NCBI GenBank assembly: GCA_965228735.1
Contig: OZ245838.1
Coordinates: forward strand, 2,816,001-2,880,000
Direction of reading: 5' to 3'
DNA length: 64,000 nt
From: Planctomycetota bacterium
Lineage (GTDB): Bacteria; Planctomycetota; UBA1135; UBA2386
Shown here: in pieces, positions 17,931-29,500 of the stretch
Layout: each line of letters starts with the position of its first letter
Position numbering within the stretch: the stretch's first letter is position 1
Made by a program: the position numbers and the translations under genes
The notes under the pieces: generated by a model
The model's database searches: none
The model's input: the letters and a program-made list of their open reading frames with translations, nothing else
What the model was told of the DNA's origin: nothing

Positions 17931-18602
17931 CCGTTCGAACCCCGGACGACGGAAACCCTCCCCTGGCGCAGCCGCTCCCTCCGACCCGCAGCGGAGAGGT
18001 GTCCGAGGCGAGCGCATCTCGGTCGGGCAACACCGCGGAGCGTCACCCGGAGTCGAGCCGACTCACGACTCGGCCCCGCCGACCACCGCGCTGCTCGCCC
18101 GCCGACGTTCACGGTGTGAAACGCGACCATCGCGCGGACGGCGCTACGCGCGCGGGCCGCCGTTCCGTTGTCGCCACGAGATTCGTCCGGATGAATAAAA
18201 GGCGACAGGCCCGCCGCTTGCCTCGACGGCGGACAAAGACTCGGGGGAGAAAGGGAAAGAAGGAGGAGTCGAGTCCCAACAACCCGGAACGGGATGTTCT
18301 GTCGCAGTGTTCGATCGCACGCCGAGCGGCGCATAGGCCCACGCGCCCGACCGAATCCACCGGGGTCTCCGGGCGTACGCACCTGTCACGCCGACCGGTC
18401 GCCATCCTCAGTACGTTCTCGCCTTAAGAGAAAACTCCCATCGCAGCGGCCCGTTGCGGGCCCACGAAACGGCGGGTCCAGGAACGAGACCAGACCACCG
18501 ACGGACCGGTCTCATCCCGAGAACGCGACGATCAAGCGAGTGGCGAAACTGGTCGACGTCTTCTGCAGGGCGCGGAAGCCAGAGCCGCGCACCATCGTTT
18601 CG

Positions 18603-19424
18603 ATGACGGACCAGAACGACATGACGCAGCGATCGGCCGAACCGATCGACCGCTCTTCTGACCACGGGGAAACCGCTGCGAGCTCGTCGACCACCGGGAA
18701 CGGCAAGGGCAGACGGCGCGAATCACGACGCGCACGCAAGCGGGCCCGGCGGCAGGCCGCGCGCGCGACGGCAACGACCGAGAAGGCAGAGCCGCTCGAG
18801 ACGCACGAAGGTCAGGCCCTGGCAACCGCGGAGCTGGTCTCGGCCATCGACACGTTCGATCTCGAAACCACGGTGCGCGCGCAGCCGACGGACGCCGAGC
18901 GCCCGAGTGAACCGACCGCGATCGAACGCGGCCTCGACCGCGATCTCGACCAGGCCGCCGCGGCGATGGCACAGGCGGCCCTCGAACCGGACATCGACAC
19001 CGTCGATGGGCTCGTGGAGGAGACCCAGGCGATCGTCGCGCGGCTCGCGGACACCGTCGAGGCCGGCCCCACAGAACAGACCGAGACCGCGGACTCCGGC
19101 GACGCGATCGGCATCGTCGAGGCCGTGAACGACCTGGACGACCTCGAGGTCGTCGACGACGACGCGTTCGCCGGTCAGCTGCTGCTGCGACCGGAGCGCG
19201 GGCCGAGTCCGCTCGACGCGCTCATTCCGGCGCCGCCCACGCTCGTGCTCGAGGAAGAGCCCGAACGGCCGCGCCGGGACTACAAGATGAGGGCCCCGAC
19301 CGGCCGGCGCGACCGCCAGCGCCGCCGCGCGGCCCCGCGCAGTGACGAACTGCTCGTGATCAAGCTCATGCTGCCGTTCGTGATCGGCCTCTGTGCCGGC
19401 TTCGGGTTCGGCCTCATCAACTGA
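18603..19424 (+). CDS. Acidic, probably disordered protein with C-terminal TM anchor
   Basis: Host-like codon usage and a hydrophobic tail LMLPFVIGLCAGFGFGLIN. Confidence 0.65.
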   Translation: MTDQNDMTQRSAEPIDRSSDHGETAASSSTTGNGKGRRRESRRARKRARRQAARATATTEKAEPLETHEGQALATAELVSAIDTFDLETTVRAQPTDAERPSEPTAIERGLDRDLDQAAAAMAQAALEPDIDTVDGLVEETQAIVARLADTVEAGPTEQTETADSGDAIGIVEAVNDLDDLEVVDDDAFAGQLLLRPERGPSPLDALIPAPPTLVLEEEPERPRRDYKMRAPTGRRDRQRRRAAPRSDELLVIKLMLPFVIGLCAGFGFGLIN

Positions 19425-19427
19425 GCC

Positions 19428-19471
19428 GGTCGACTAGACCGGTCGACTGGACTGGTCGACTGGACTGGTCG
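19428..19471. repeat. 13-bp tandem repeat (about 3.4 copies)
   Basis: GGTCGACTRGACY units between convergent genes. Confidence 0.8.
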
Positions 19472-19508
19472 GGTGGGCCGGCCGGCCGGACCGGCAACGT
19501 CGGGCCGA

Positions 19509-22500
19509 TCAGCTGGCGGGCAACGGCGGCGCGGTCTGGCGAGCCGCGGCAACGGCCTGCCGGTCCTCGAGCTGCGACTCGAGGCGACGCGCGCGTCGCA
19601 TCGGTGAGCCCGTGAACGGCGCGATCAGCCCGTAGGTCCCGGGCACGACGAGCAGCGTGGTGAACGTCGCGACCGTGACGCCGAACAGCACCACGAGCCC
19701 GATCGCGGACCGCCCTTCGGCACCCGCACCCGTCGCGAGCACGAGCGGCAGCGCGCCGAGCGAGGTCGACAGCCCGGTCATGAGGATCGGCCGCAGGCGC
19801 AGCACCGAGGCGTCGACGATCGCGTCGCGCCAGCTCTCGCCCTGGTCGCGCAGCTGGTTGGCGAACTCGACGATGAGGATGCCGTTCTTGGTGGCGAGGC
19901 CGATGAGGATGACGAGGCCGACGCCGCTGTAGATGTTGAGCGTCGCGCCGCCGAGCTCGAGCCCGAGCAGCCCGCCGAACGCGGCGAGCGGCACGGTCAG
20001 CATGATGACGATCGGCTGCAGGAAGCTCTCGAACTGCGCGGCGAGCACGAGGTAGACGAGCAGCAGCGCGACGATCAGCGTCACGAAGAACGCCGCGGAC
20101 GACTCCATGAACTCGCGGCTCTGGCCGTCGTAGGCCACGCCCGGGCGGTTGTCGAGTTCGTCGCGCACGATGCCGCGGAGGAACTCGAGCGCCTCGCCGA
20201 GCGTGTAGTCCTCGGCGAGGTTGGCGCTGATCTTGATCGCGCGCAGGCGGTCGTAGCGGTTGAGCGACGCCGAGTCGGCGAACTCCTTCAGCGTCACGAG
20301 ATTGGCCAGCGGCACGAGCTCGCGCGACGTGCTCGACCGCACGTAGATCTGCTGCAGGTCCGTCGGCGATCGCTTGTCATCGTCCTCGCACTCGAGGATG
20401 ACGTCATACTCCTCGCCGCGGTCGACGAACGTCGTCACCCGCCGCGACCCCATGAGCGTCTCGAGCGTGCGCCCGACCTCGGTCGACGACACGCCGAGAT
20501 CGCCCGCGCGGTCGTGATCGACGAGCACTGCGACCTGCGGCTTGGTCTCCTCGTAATCGGAGTTGACCGCGAGCAGTCCCGGATTCTTGCGAGCCGCAGC
20601 GATCACGGCGTCCCGCCACGCCGCGAGCTCTTCGTAGCTCGAACCCGTGAGCACGAACTGCACGGGCTGACCCGAACGCCGCAGCAGACCGGACTCCGGG
20701 ATGGAGAACGCGCGGTAGCCGGCCATGCTCTCGAACTGCCGATCGACGTCGGCCATGACCTCCTTGGTCGTCCGTTCGCGCTCGTCCCAGTGCACGAGCA
20801 GCACGGTGCCGAACGCCGAGTTCACGCTGCCGCTCGACGAGAACGAGCCGGGCACGCGCACGAGCACGCGTTGGCCCTCGCCCGATTCGATGAGCTCGAG
20901 CAGCACGTCCTCGACGCGCGACGCGGCCGCGACCGAGTGCTCGAACGACGCCCCCTCGGGGCCGCGCACGCTCACGCGGAACGAGCCGCGGTCCTCCTGC
21001 GGCGCATACTCCGCCGGCAGCCCGGTGAGCAGTCCACCGAGGGACAGCGCGAGCCCGACGACGATGCCGAGCGCGGCGAGCGGCTGGCTGACGACGCCCT
21101 CGAGCACCCAGCGATACGCGCGCATGATCGGCTCGAACACCGCATCGACGAACCGCGCGAAGAGCGACGGGCGGCCGCCCCGCAGCAGCGCGGAGCACAT
21201 CATCGGCGACAGCGTCAGCGCGACGAGCGTGGACAGCAGCACGGCGCCCGCGAGCGCCATGGCGAACTCGGTGAAGAGCCGACCCGTCGTGCCTTCGAGG
21301 AACGTCACCGCGAGCAGCACGGCCAGCAGCACGACCGTCGTCGCGATCACGGCGAAGCCGACCTGACGGGCACCGAGGTACGCCGCGCGCAGCGGTGGCT
21401 CGCCGTCGCGGATGCGCCGCGCGATGTTCTCGAGCACGACGATCGCGTCGTCCACGACGAGCCCGATCGCGAGCACGAGGCCGAGCAGCGTCAGCAGGTT
21501 GATCGAGTAGCCCAGCAGGTAGAGCACGAAGAACGACCCGACGAGCGACACCGGCACGGTGACCGCGGGCACGAGCGTCGCCGTGCCGCTGCCGAGGAAC
21601 ACGAAGATCACGAGCACAACGACGCCGGCCGTGATCAGCAGCGTGAGCCAGACCTCCTCGATCGCCGCGTTGATGTAGAGCGACGAGTCCGAGCTCGGGT
21701 AGAGCTCCATGTCGGACGGCAGCGTCGCGTTGACTGCCGCCATCCGCTCCTTCACGCCCTCGACGACCGCGAGCACGTTGGCCTTGGCCTGCGCCTGGAT
21801 GCCGAGCCCGACCATGTCCTCGCCGTTGCGGCGGAACATCGAACGGTCGTCGGTCGGCCCGAGCTCGACCCGCGCCACGTCACGCAGCCGCAACAGGTGT
21901 CCCGACGTGCCGCGGCCGACGACGAGCTCGCCGAACTGCTGCGCCGTCTGGAACCGGCGCTGGATCCGCACCGTGAACTCGCGGCTCGTCGACTCGATGC
22001 GGCCCGCGGGCAGCTCGACGTTCTCGCGCCGCAGCGCGTCCTCGACGTCGCCGACCGTGAGCCCCGTCGCGGCGAGCGCATCGCGGTCGAGCCACACGCG
22101 CATCGCGGCGCGACTGCCGCCGCCGTAGCGCACCTGCGCGACGCCCGGCACCGTCGAGAACTGGTCGACGATGTAGCGTTCGGCGTAGTCCGAGAGTTCG
22201 AGCGCGTTCCGCACGGGCGACGCGAGGTTCATCCAGAAGACGGTGTCCGAACCGGACTGCGCCTTCGCGACCTCGGGCGGGTCGACCTCGTCGGGCAGGT
22301 TGTCGAGCACGCGGGAGACCCGGTCGCGCACGTCGTTCGCCGCGGCGTCGAGGTCGCGCTCGAGGCGGAACTCGATGTCGATCGACGAGCGGCCATCCGT
22401 CGTCTCCGACGAAACGGTGCGGATGCCGTCGATGCCGCTGACGCTGTTCTCGAGCACCTGCGTGACGCGCGTCTCGACGACCGCGGCGGCGGCGCCGGGA

Positions 22501-22652
22501 TACTGCGTCGTGATCGACACGGACGGCGCGTCGATGTCGGGCAGCTCGCGGATACCGAGCCGCGACAAGCCCACGAGGCCGAGCGTGACGACGAGGAGGC
22601 TGGCGACGATGGCCAGCACCGGGCGACGGACCGCGAGATCGGAGATGATCAT
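19509..22652 (-). CDS. RND efflux permease (AcrB/MdtB superfamily)
   Basis: GLVVDDAIVVLEN, KNGILIVEFAN and RLRPILMT motifs; 1047 aa. Confidence 0.95.
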   Translation of the reverse strand: MIISDLAVRRPVLAIVASLLVVTLGLVGLSRLGIRELPDIDAPSVSITTQYPGAAAAVVETRVTQVLENSVSGIDGIRTVSSETTDGRSSIDIEFRLERDLDAAANDVRDRVSRVLDNLPDEVDPPEVAKAQSGSDTVFWMNLASPVRNALELSDYAERYIVDQFSTVPGVAQVRYGGGSRAAMRVWLDRDALAATGLTVGDVEDALRRENVELPAGRIESTSREFTVRIQRRFQTAQQFGELVVGRGTSGHLLRLRDVARVELGPTDDRSMFRRNGEDMVGLGIQAQAKANVLAVVEGVKERMAAVNATLPSDMELYPSSDSSLYINAAIEEVWLTLLITAGVVVLVIFVFLGSGTATLVPAVTVPVSLVGSFFVLYLLGYSINLLTLLGLVLAIGLVVDDAIVVLENIARRIRDGEPPLRAAYLGARQVGFAVIATTVVLLAVLLAVTFLEGTTGRLFTEFAMALAGAVLLSTLVALTLSPMMCSALLRGGRPSLFARFVDAVFEPIMRAYRWVLEGVVSQPLAALGIVVGLALSLGGLLTGLPAEYAPQEDRGSFRVSVRGPEGASFEHSVAAASRVEDVLLELIESGEGQRVLVRVPGSFSSSGSVNSAFGTVLLVHWDERERTTKEVMADVDRQFESMAGYRAFSIPESGLLRRSGQPVQFVLTGSSYEELAAWRDAVIAAARKNPGLLAVNSDYEETKPQVAVLVDHDRAGDLGVSSTEVGRTLETLMGSRRVTTFVDRGEEYDVILECEDDDKRSPTDLQQIYVRSSTSRELVPLANLVTLKEFADSASLNRYDRLRAIKISANLAEDYTLGEALEFLRGIVRDELDNRPGVAYDGQSREFMESSAAFFVTLIVALLLVYLVLAAQFESFLQPIVIMLTVPLAAFGGLLGLELGGATLNIYSGVGLVILIGLATKNGILIVEFANQLRDQGESWRDAIVDASVLRLRPILMTGLSTSLGALPLVLATGAGAEGRSAIGLVVLFGVTVATFTTLLVVPGTYGLIAPFTGSPMRRARRLESQLEDRQAVAAARQTAPPLPAS

Positions 22653-22664
22653 CGTGCCTCCCGC

Positions 22665-23741
22665 TCAGCCGCCGCTGGTCGTAGAGCCGCGGACGTCGAC
22701 GACGTCGACGGGCGAACCGTCCCGCACGCGCGCAAGGCCCTGCACGACGACGCGCTGGTCGACGGCCAGGCCCTCGAGAACCTCGACGCGACCGATCCGC
22801 CGGCGGCCGACGCGCACCTCAGTCTGCTGCGCCAACCCGTCCTCGCCCACGACGAACACGAAGTGCTGCTGGCCGCGCTGGACCAGCGACTCCTCGGGGA
22901 CCTGCAGCGACGGCGACTCGCCGCGATCGACCCGCACCTTGACGAGCATGCCGGGGCGCAGCCGGCCATCGGGGTTCGGCACGACGGCGCGGACGGTCGC
23001 CGCGCGCGCGACGGGATCGAGCCGGGTCCCCACAGCGGTGATGGCGCCGGGGAACTCATCGTCCGGCCACGCGTCGGTGCGCGCGTTGACCGGCATGCCG
23101 TTCTGGATGCCGGCGAGCCACGTCTCCGGGATCGTGAAGTCGACCTTGATGCGCGACAGGTCGTCGAGCGTCGTGATGACAGTCGCCGACTGCAGCAAGG
23201 ACCCGACGCTGACGCGGCGCAACCCGAGCCGCCCGGCGAACGGCGCGCGCACGAAGTGATCCTCGAGCAGCACCTCGAGCGTCGCGACGCGGGCCTGCGC
23301 CGCCTCGAGCTCGGCGGACGCCGCATCGACCTCGCTCCCGGGCGAGATGTTCTGCTGCGCGAGTTCGACCGCGCGCCGGTGCTTGGCGATCGCCTCCTTG
23401 AGCATCGCCTTGGATTCACGCAGCCGCGCCTCTTCCTCGCCCATCTCGAGCTCGAGCAGCACCGCGCCCTGCTCGACCTCCTGGCCGTCCTCGAAGTGGA
23501 TGGCCCGCACGAGGTCCGAGCGGTTGGCCGTGAGCTGCACGCTCTCGTTGGCGATCGCGGTGCCGAGCGCTTCGAGCGACTCGGAGAACGGCGCCTCTAC
23601 GACCGGTGCGAGGATCACGGGCGTGCTACTCGCGCGCCGCCGCGAATCGGCCTGCGCCTCTTCCTCGCCGCGCAGGAAGCCGAACCAGATCCCGGTCGCA
23701 ATTGCGAGAGCGGCAAACAGAAAGGCGATCAGCGTGCGCAT
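22665..23741 (-). CDS. RND periplasmic adaptor (MFP)
   Basis: VRAPFAGRLG and LRPGM motifs, an N-terminal anchor, and position next to the RND permease. Confidence 0.92.
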   Translation of the reverse strand: MRTLIAFLFAALAIATGIWFGFLRGEEEAQADSRRRASSTPVILAPVVEAPFSESLEALGTAIANESVQLTANRSDLVRAIHFEDGQEVEQGAVLLELEMGEEEARLRESKAMLKEAIAKHRRAVELAQQNISPGSEVDAASAELEAAQARVATLEVLLEDHFVRAPFAGRLGLRRVSVGSLLQSATVITTLDDLSRIKVDFTIPETWLAGIQNGMPVNARTDAWPDDEFPGAITAVGTRLDPVARAATVRAVVPNPDGRLRPGMLVKVRVDRGESPSLQVPEESLVQRGQQHFVFVVGEDGLAQQTEVRVGRRRIGRVEVLEGLAVDQRVVVQGLARVRDGSPVDVVDVRGSTTSGG

Positions 23742-24014
23742 CGGGGCGCGCAGTCTAGACCCAACGCACGCACGGGTCTGCCCGCGGGGAACGGAATCGT
23801 AGCGCGCGTACCGGCGACGTAACTCGGTCGCGCGAGAACGACGAGACCGAACGCCGATGCCACGGCCGGGTCCGCCGCGGCCGCCCGCGCCCGACTTCGC
23901 GGCCGGACCCAGACCCGGTTCACTCCGGATCGGCCCGCGACCGGCCCCACTGTCGGCCGCGAAGCGTTACGCTGCGACCACCCCCTCGACCATCACGCTT
24001 CACGGAGCTTACGC

Positions 24015-26537
24015 ATGCGCTTGCGTCCCGACCTGTCGCTCGTTCCGTTCCCGTTGTTCGCGTTCGCGACGGCAAGCCCGACCCAGTCGTTCGTCGATTC
24101 GGAACATACGTTCGTTCCCGACGTCGGACCGCACGTGCTCGTCGCCGCCGACTTCGACGGCGACGGGGACGAGGACCTGCTCGCGCAGGCGACCAATCCG
24201 CTGCTCGGCGGCTGGCGGTTGCTGGAGAACGACGGCAACGGCGTGTTCGAAGCGCGGCAGGGCACCCAGCTGGTCGCCGCCAACACGTTCTCCAGCGCGA
24301 CGGCTGCGGACCTCGACGGCGACGGTCACATCGACGTGGCGGTCACGGGCTACCTGTCGTTCGGCGGCGGTGCGTGGGTGCTGTGGAACGACGGCACCGG
24401 CTCGTTCACCGTGCAGGTGATCGCGACGGTCGGACCGTTCCACCGCGTGCTGCCCGTCGACCTCGACGGCGACAACGATCTCGATCTCGCGATCGCGGCC
24501 GGCGCGAGTCATGCTCCGGCCGAGTGCATGCTGTTCCGGAACGACGGCAACCGCACGTTCACCGACGTCTCCACCCTGATGCGCCCCGCGCCGCCGGAAC
24601 AGCGGGCCAGCGTCGCCGCGCTCGACGTGCAGGGCGACGGACGTGTCGACCTCGTGTTCGACGGCAACCCGGTGCTGACGATGCTGCAGAACCAGAACGG
24701 TGAGTTCGTCGCGACCCCCGGGGCACTCGGGCCGCCGCTGCCGCTCTATGGCGTGGGTGCGGTGGACACCGACGGCGATGGCGACGCCGATCTCGTCGGC
24801 CAATCCGGAACGGGCTCGACCGGCATCGGCATCACGCTGTTACGGAACGACGGCGGCGGGACGTTCACCCGCCTGTTCGCACCGACTGCCGACGTGGCGG
24901 CATGGCGCGTGGCCGACATCGACGGCGACAACGACCTCGACTTCCTGACGCAGCGGCTCACGCTCAACAGCATCCAGCTCTGGCGCAACGATCCGGGCTT
25001 CACGCTCGTCGACGTCACGGCGACGGGCCTCGTGGCCGACCCCGACGGGACGCTCCTGACGGCGGCGTTCGTCGACAGCGACGGTGACGGTGACCCGGAC
25101 CTCTACCACCCGAGCCTGCGCGACCTGCGGCACAACGACGGGACCGGCACGTTCCGCGATCTGCGGCCGACGCGCTCGCCCGACGCGCCGCGGGGCGCGG
25201 CGCCGACCGACCTCGACGGCGACGGCGACATCGACCTCGTCGGCTTCGACGCTCCGACCGAGGCCGGCTTCGCGGGCCCGGCCGAACTCGCGCTCTGGCG
25301 GAACCTCGGCACGGGCGACTTCGCGAAGGTCACCGTCCTCGGCGTCATGGATGTCTGCGACGAGTCAGCCGTCGTCCTCTTCGACATGGACGGCGACGGC
25401 GACGACGACATCTGGGCGTTGACCTGCGCCAACCTCGATCGCGTCTGGGAGAATGCCGGCGCGACCGGCTACATCGAGCGCTCGGCCACCGCGTTCCCGG
25501 CGGATTCGCGCTTCGACCACTCGGTGCTCGTGCACGACTACGACGGCGACGGCGATCTCGACGCGTTCGTCGCGCGCGACTTCTACTTCGATTCGTTCTA
25601 CATCAACCAGGGCAACTTCACGTTCACCGAAGAAGGGACGACGCGGCTCACCGACGGCGAGGACACGAACGCCGCGGTCGCGCTCGACTTCGACGACGAC
25701 GGCGACATGGACCTCGCCCTCGCCAACACGACCACCCCGCTGCGATTGTTCGAGAACGACGGCACGGGTTACTTCAGCGATGCGACCGCGGGCCGGGTCC
25801 CGAACCTGACCACGACGTTTCGGTACATGCTCGACTTCGACATGGACGGCGACGGCGACAGCGACCTGTTGCTCGTCGAGCAATCGCCGCTCGCGCAACC
25901 GACGCTGCTGCGGAACGACGGCGGCGTGTTCGTCGAGACCGCGCTCCCGCTGATGCCGAGCGGCAGCCGCGACTGGCCGTCAGCCGCGGACTTCGACCTA
26001 GACGGCGACGTGGACCTGCTGATCGGCAGCCTCTGGCTGCAGAACGACGGGACCGGCACGTTCACGCTGGCGCCGACGCAGCCGGAGATCGCGGCACCCG
26101 AGGTCCGCCGCCCGGTCACGCTCACGGATCTCGACGGCGACGGCGATCCCGACGTGCTGTCGGCGCCGCTGCAGTATCACCGCCACCGCCAGCTCGAGAA
26201 CCGCATCCCGCCGCGCACCGGCCTCACCGCGGTCGCGCGGCTGCACGCACTGCCCGAGGCAGCGAACTGGACGCCGTTCGGGGTCCTCTACACCGCCGCC
26301 GGCCTCGCGCCCGCGACCAGCGTCGCGCCGTTCGGCACGCTGTTCCTGCAGCAGTCGACGCTGACCCCGCTCGTCACGCTGTTCGTCGACCCGGCCACGT
26401 TCACGGCCGACGCCGCGTATCCCATCCCGGCCAACCCGGGACTCATCGGCGTCTCGTTCCCGATGCAGGCGATCGTCGCGCACGGCCCCGCGAGCGCGCA
26501 CACGACGAACGCGGTGTTGGTGACGGTGGAGCAGTAG
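24015..26537 (+). CDS. Secreted FG-GAP/VCBS repeat protein with conserved C-terminal module
   Basis: Many DxDGDGDxDL and NDGxGxF repeats. Confidence 0.9.
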   Translation: MRLRPDLSLVPFPLFAFATASPTQSFVDSEHTFVPDVGPHVLVAADFDGDGDEDLLAQATNPLLGGWRLLENDGNGVFEARQGTQLVAANTFSSATAADLDGDGHIDVAVTGYLSFGGGAWVLWNDGTGSFTVQVIATVGPFHRVLPVDLDGDNDLDLAIAAGASHAPAECMLFRNDGNRTFTDVSTLMRPAPPEQRASVAALDVQGDGRVDLVFDGNPVLTMLQNQNGEFVATPGALGPPLPLYGVGAVDTDGDGDADLVGQSGTGSTGIGITLLRNDGGGTFTRLFAPTADVAAWRVADIDGDNDLDFLTQRLTLNSIQLWRNDPGFTLVDVTATGLVADPDGTLLTAAFVDSDGDGDPDLYHPSLRDLRHNDGTGTFRDLRPTRSPDAPRGAAPTDLDGDGDIDLVGFDAPTEAGFAGPAELALWRNLGTGDFAKVTVLGVMDVCDESAVVLFDMDGDGDDDIWALTCANLDRVWENAGATGYIERSATAFPADSRFDHSVLVHDYDGDGDLDAFVARDFYFDSFYINQGNFTFTEEGTTRLTDGEDTNAAVALDFDDDGDMDLALANTTTPLRLFENDGTGYFSDATAGRVPNLTTTFRYMLDFDMDGDGDSDLLLVEQSPLAQPTLLRNDGGVFVETALPLMPSGSRDWPSAADFDLDGDVDLLIGSLWLQNDGTGTFTLAPTQPEIAAPEVRRPVTLTDLDGDGDPDVLSAPLQYHRHRQLENRIPPRTGLTAVARLHALPEAANWTPFGVLYTAAGLAPATSVAPFGTLFLQQSTLTPLVTLFVDPATFTADAAYPIPANPGLIGVSFPMQAIVAHGPASAHTTNAVLVTVEQ

Positions 26538-26548
26538 GCGGCGGCGCC

Positions 26549-29500
26549 CTACTTCACGTAGGGCACGGCGAGCTTGCGCGCGAGCGCGTTGAACTCCGCG
26601 ACGCCGGTCTCGCGGGCCGTGCCGAACTTCGCGAGCTCGCCGTCGATCGCCTCGATCAGCTGGTTCGCGACGTCGCGCTGGCCCTGGGTCGGCGGGAACT
26701 CCGCCCGGTTCATGCCGCCCATCACGTTGAGCAGCTTGTCCGTGAGCCGGATCGGGAAGTTGAGCACGTCCTGGCTGCTCTTCGCCTTGGTCTGATACAG
26801 CGCTTCCTCGACCGCAGCCAGCTGCTCGGCGATCGCCTTGCGCTTGCTGTCGAGCTGCTCCTTGGCCTCGCCCTCCATGCGGTCGACGACGGCCTGCATC
26901 TGGTCGCGCACCGAACGGATCTCCTCGATCGCCTCGTGCGCGCGCGTCACGGTGTCACGGCAGCGGCGCGCGAGGCGGTAGCGCGCCTGCAGTTCCGCGA
27001 CCGTCGCATCCGTCCGCGGATCGGGCATCACGGCTGCCGACACGGTCTGACTCTGCTCGCCGAGCGCCACCGTGATGTCGTAGTAGCCGGGCGGCAGCTT
27101 GGGCGCGGTGCGACCGCGACCGGACCAGAGGATCATGCCGTCGAGCACCTTGGCGTTCTCCTCGTCCCACTTCACCGTGACCGCGTTCATGCCGCGCGTC
27201 ACGTCGAGCTTCTCGTCGCCCTCGCCGTCCGTGCTGCGCTCGAACACGACCTCGCCGTCGAGGTCCTTCGCGGTGATCGCGACGCGCTGGTCCACGTCCG
27301 CCTCGGGGTCGCCGCCGAGCCAGAAGCGCACGACGATGTCGCGTTCCGGGTTCTGACCGACGCCCTTGCGTTCGCCACCCCGCCCGGGGAACTGCGCGAC
27401 GGGCACGGGCTTCCAGACGTAAAGCGGTGCCTGCGCCTGCTCGGCGGAGAGCTGGCGCAGGTGCGGCAGCCCGTCGAACGACCAGAACGAACGGCCCTGG
27501 GTCGCCGCGATCAGCGATCCGTCCTTCACGACGAGGTCGGTGATCGGCACGAGCGGCAGATTCTGCTGCAGCCGCTGCCACCGGCGGCCGTTGTTGAAGC
27601 TCACCCACACGGTGCGCTCGGTGCCGCAGTAGAGCAGCCCGGGCATCCGCGGATCCGGTCGGATCGCGCGCGTGAACCAGCGCGGGTCCAGCCCGCCGGT
27701 GATCTCGCGCCAGCTCGCGCCGTAATCGTCGGTGACGTAGAGGTACGGCCGGAAGTCGTCGAGCTTGTAGCGCGTCGCCGCGATGTAGGCGCCGCCGTCG
27801 TTGTGCGGGTCGTGCACGAGGCAGTTGACCTGCGCCCACTCCGGCATGCTCGGCGGCGTCACGTTCTTCCACGTGCGGCCGTCGTCGCGCGAGACGTGCA
27901 CGAGCCCGTCGTCGCTGCCGCACCACAGGACGCCCGGCTGCCGCCCTTCGTCGAACGCGAAGATCGTGCAGTAGTACTCGACGCCCGTGTTGTCCTTGGT
28001 GATCGGCCCGCCGGAGCTTTGCTGCCTGCTCTTGTCGTCGGTCGTGAGATCGCCGCTGATCGGGCGCCAGCTCTGGCCCTCGTCGTCGCTGACGAACAGC
28101 ACCTGCGCGGCCGTGTAGAGCCGGTCCTCCACGTGGCGCGACCACTGGATCGGGAAGTTCCACTGGAAGCGGTAGCGCTGCTCACCGACGCCGGCGCCGA
28201 GCGGGTTGTCGGGCCAGACGTTCACGCTGCGGCTCAGGCCGGTGCGGTGATCGCGACGCGCCAGGTAGCCGCCGTAGCTGCCCCCGAACACGATGTCGCT
28301 GTTGCCCGGCTTGGGCGCGATCCAGCCGCTCTCGCCGCCGGCCGTCGATTCCCAATCGTCCTCGCCGATGCCGCGGCCGGTGCTGCGGTGCCGAATACGC
28401 ACCGTGCTGTTGTCCTGCTGCGCGCCATAGATGCGGTAGGGCCGGTCGTCGTCGACCGTGACGCGATAGAACTGCGCCGTCGGCTGGTTGCGAACGCTCG
28501 ACCAGCTCTTGCCGCCGTCCTCGGTCACGCACGCGCCGCCGTCGTTGGCCTCGATCATCCGGGCCGGGTCGCGCGGATCGATCCACAGGTCGTGGTTGTC
28601 ACCGTGCGGCACGCGGATGCGGGTGAACGATTCGCCGCCGTCCGTCGACTTGTGGAAGCCGACGTTGAGCCCGTAGATCGTCTCGGGATCCGTCGGGTCG
28701 ACGACGATGCGCGAGTAGTACCACGCGCGCTGCCGCAGGTTGCGGTCGTCGTTGATCAGCCGCCACGTCTCGCCGGCGTCGTCACTGCGGAACAACCCGC
28801 CGTCCGCGGCCTCGATCTGGGCGTAGACGATGTCGGGGTTGCTCGGTGCGGCGCAGATGCCGCTGATGCCGAGCAGGCCCTCGGGCATCCCGTCGCGCTC
28901 GTGCAGCGGCTCCCAGCTGTCGCCGCCGTCGGTGGACTTCCAGAGCCCCGACCCCTCGCCGCCCGACTCGAGCGAGTACGGCGTGCGGAACGCGCGCCAC
29001 GTCGTCGCGTAGAGCACGTCGGGATCGCTCGCGACGAGCCACAGGTCGACCGCGCCGGCGTGTTCGTTCGTGAACAGCACGCGCTCCCACTTCTTGCCGC
29101 CGTTCTTCGTGCGGTAGACACCGCGCTCCGGGTTCGGCCCCGACAGGTGACCCATGACGGCGGCGAACGCGACGTCGGGGTTCTTCGGGTGGATGCGAAT
29201 GCGGCTGATGTGACGCGACTCGGGCAGCCCGATGTACTCCCACGTCTCACCGCCGTCGGTCGACTTGTAGGCGCCTTCGCCGGAGCTCACGTTGCCGCGC
29301 CACGTCTTCTCGCCGCCGCCGACGTAGATCACGTTCGAATCACTCGGCGCGACCGCGACCGCGCCGATCGAACCGCCGAACGTCCCGTCGCTGATGTTCT
29401 CCCAGGACTCGCCCGCGTTCGTCGTCTTCCACACGCCACCGCCACACGATCCGAAGTAGTAGGTGTCACGGTCGCCGACGATGCCGGTAACCGTGCACGA

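Noticed and set aside
16812..18119. 435 aa ORF spanning the right att site
   Set aside because: It overlaps padR antisense and the att/arm sites, and its composition is not protein-like.
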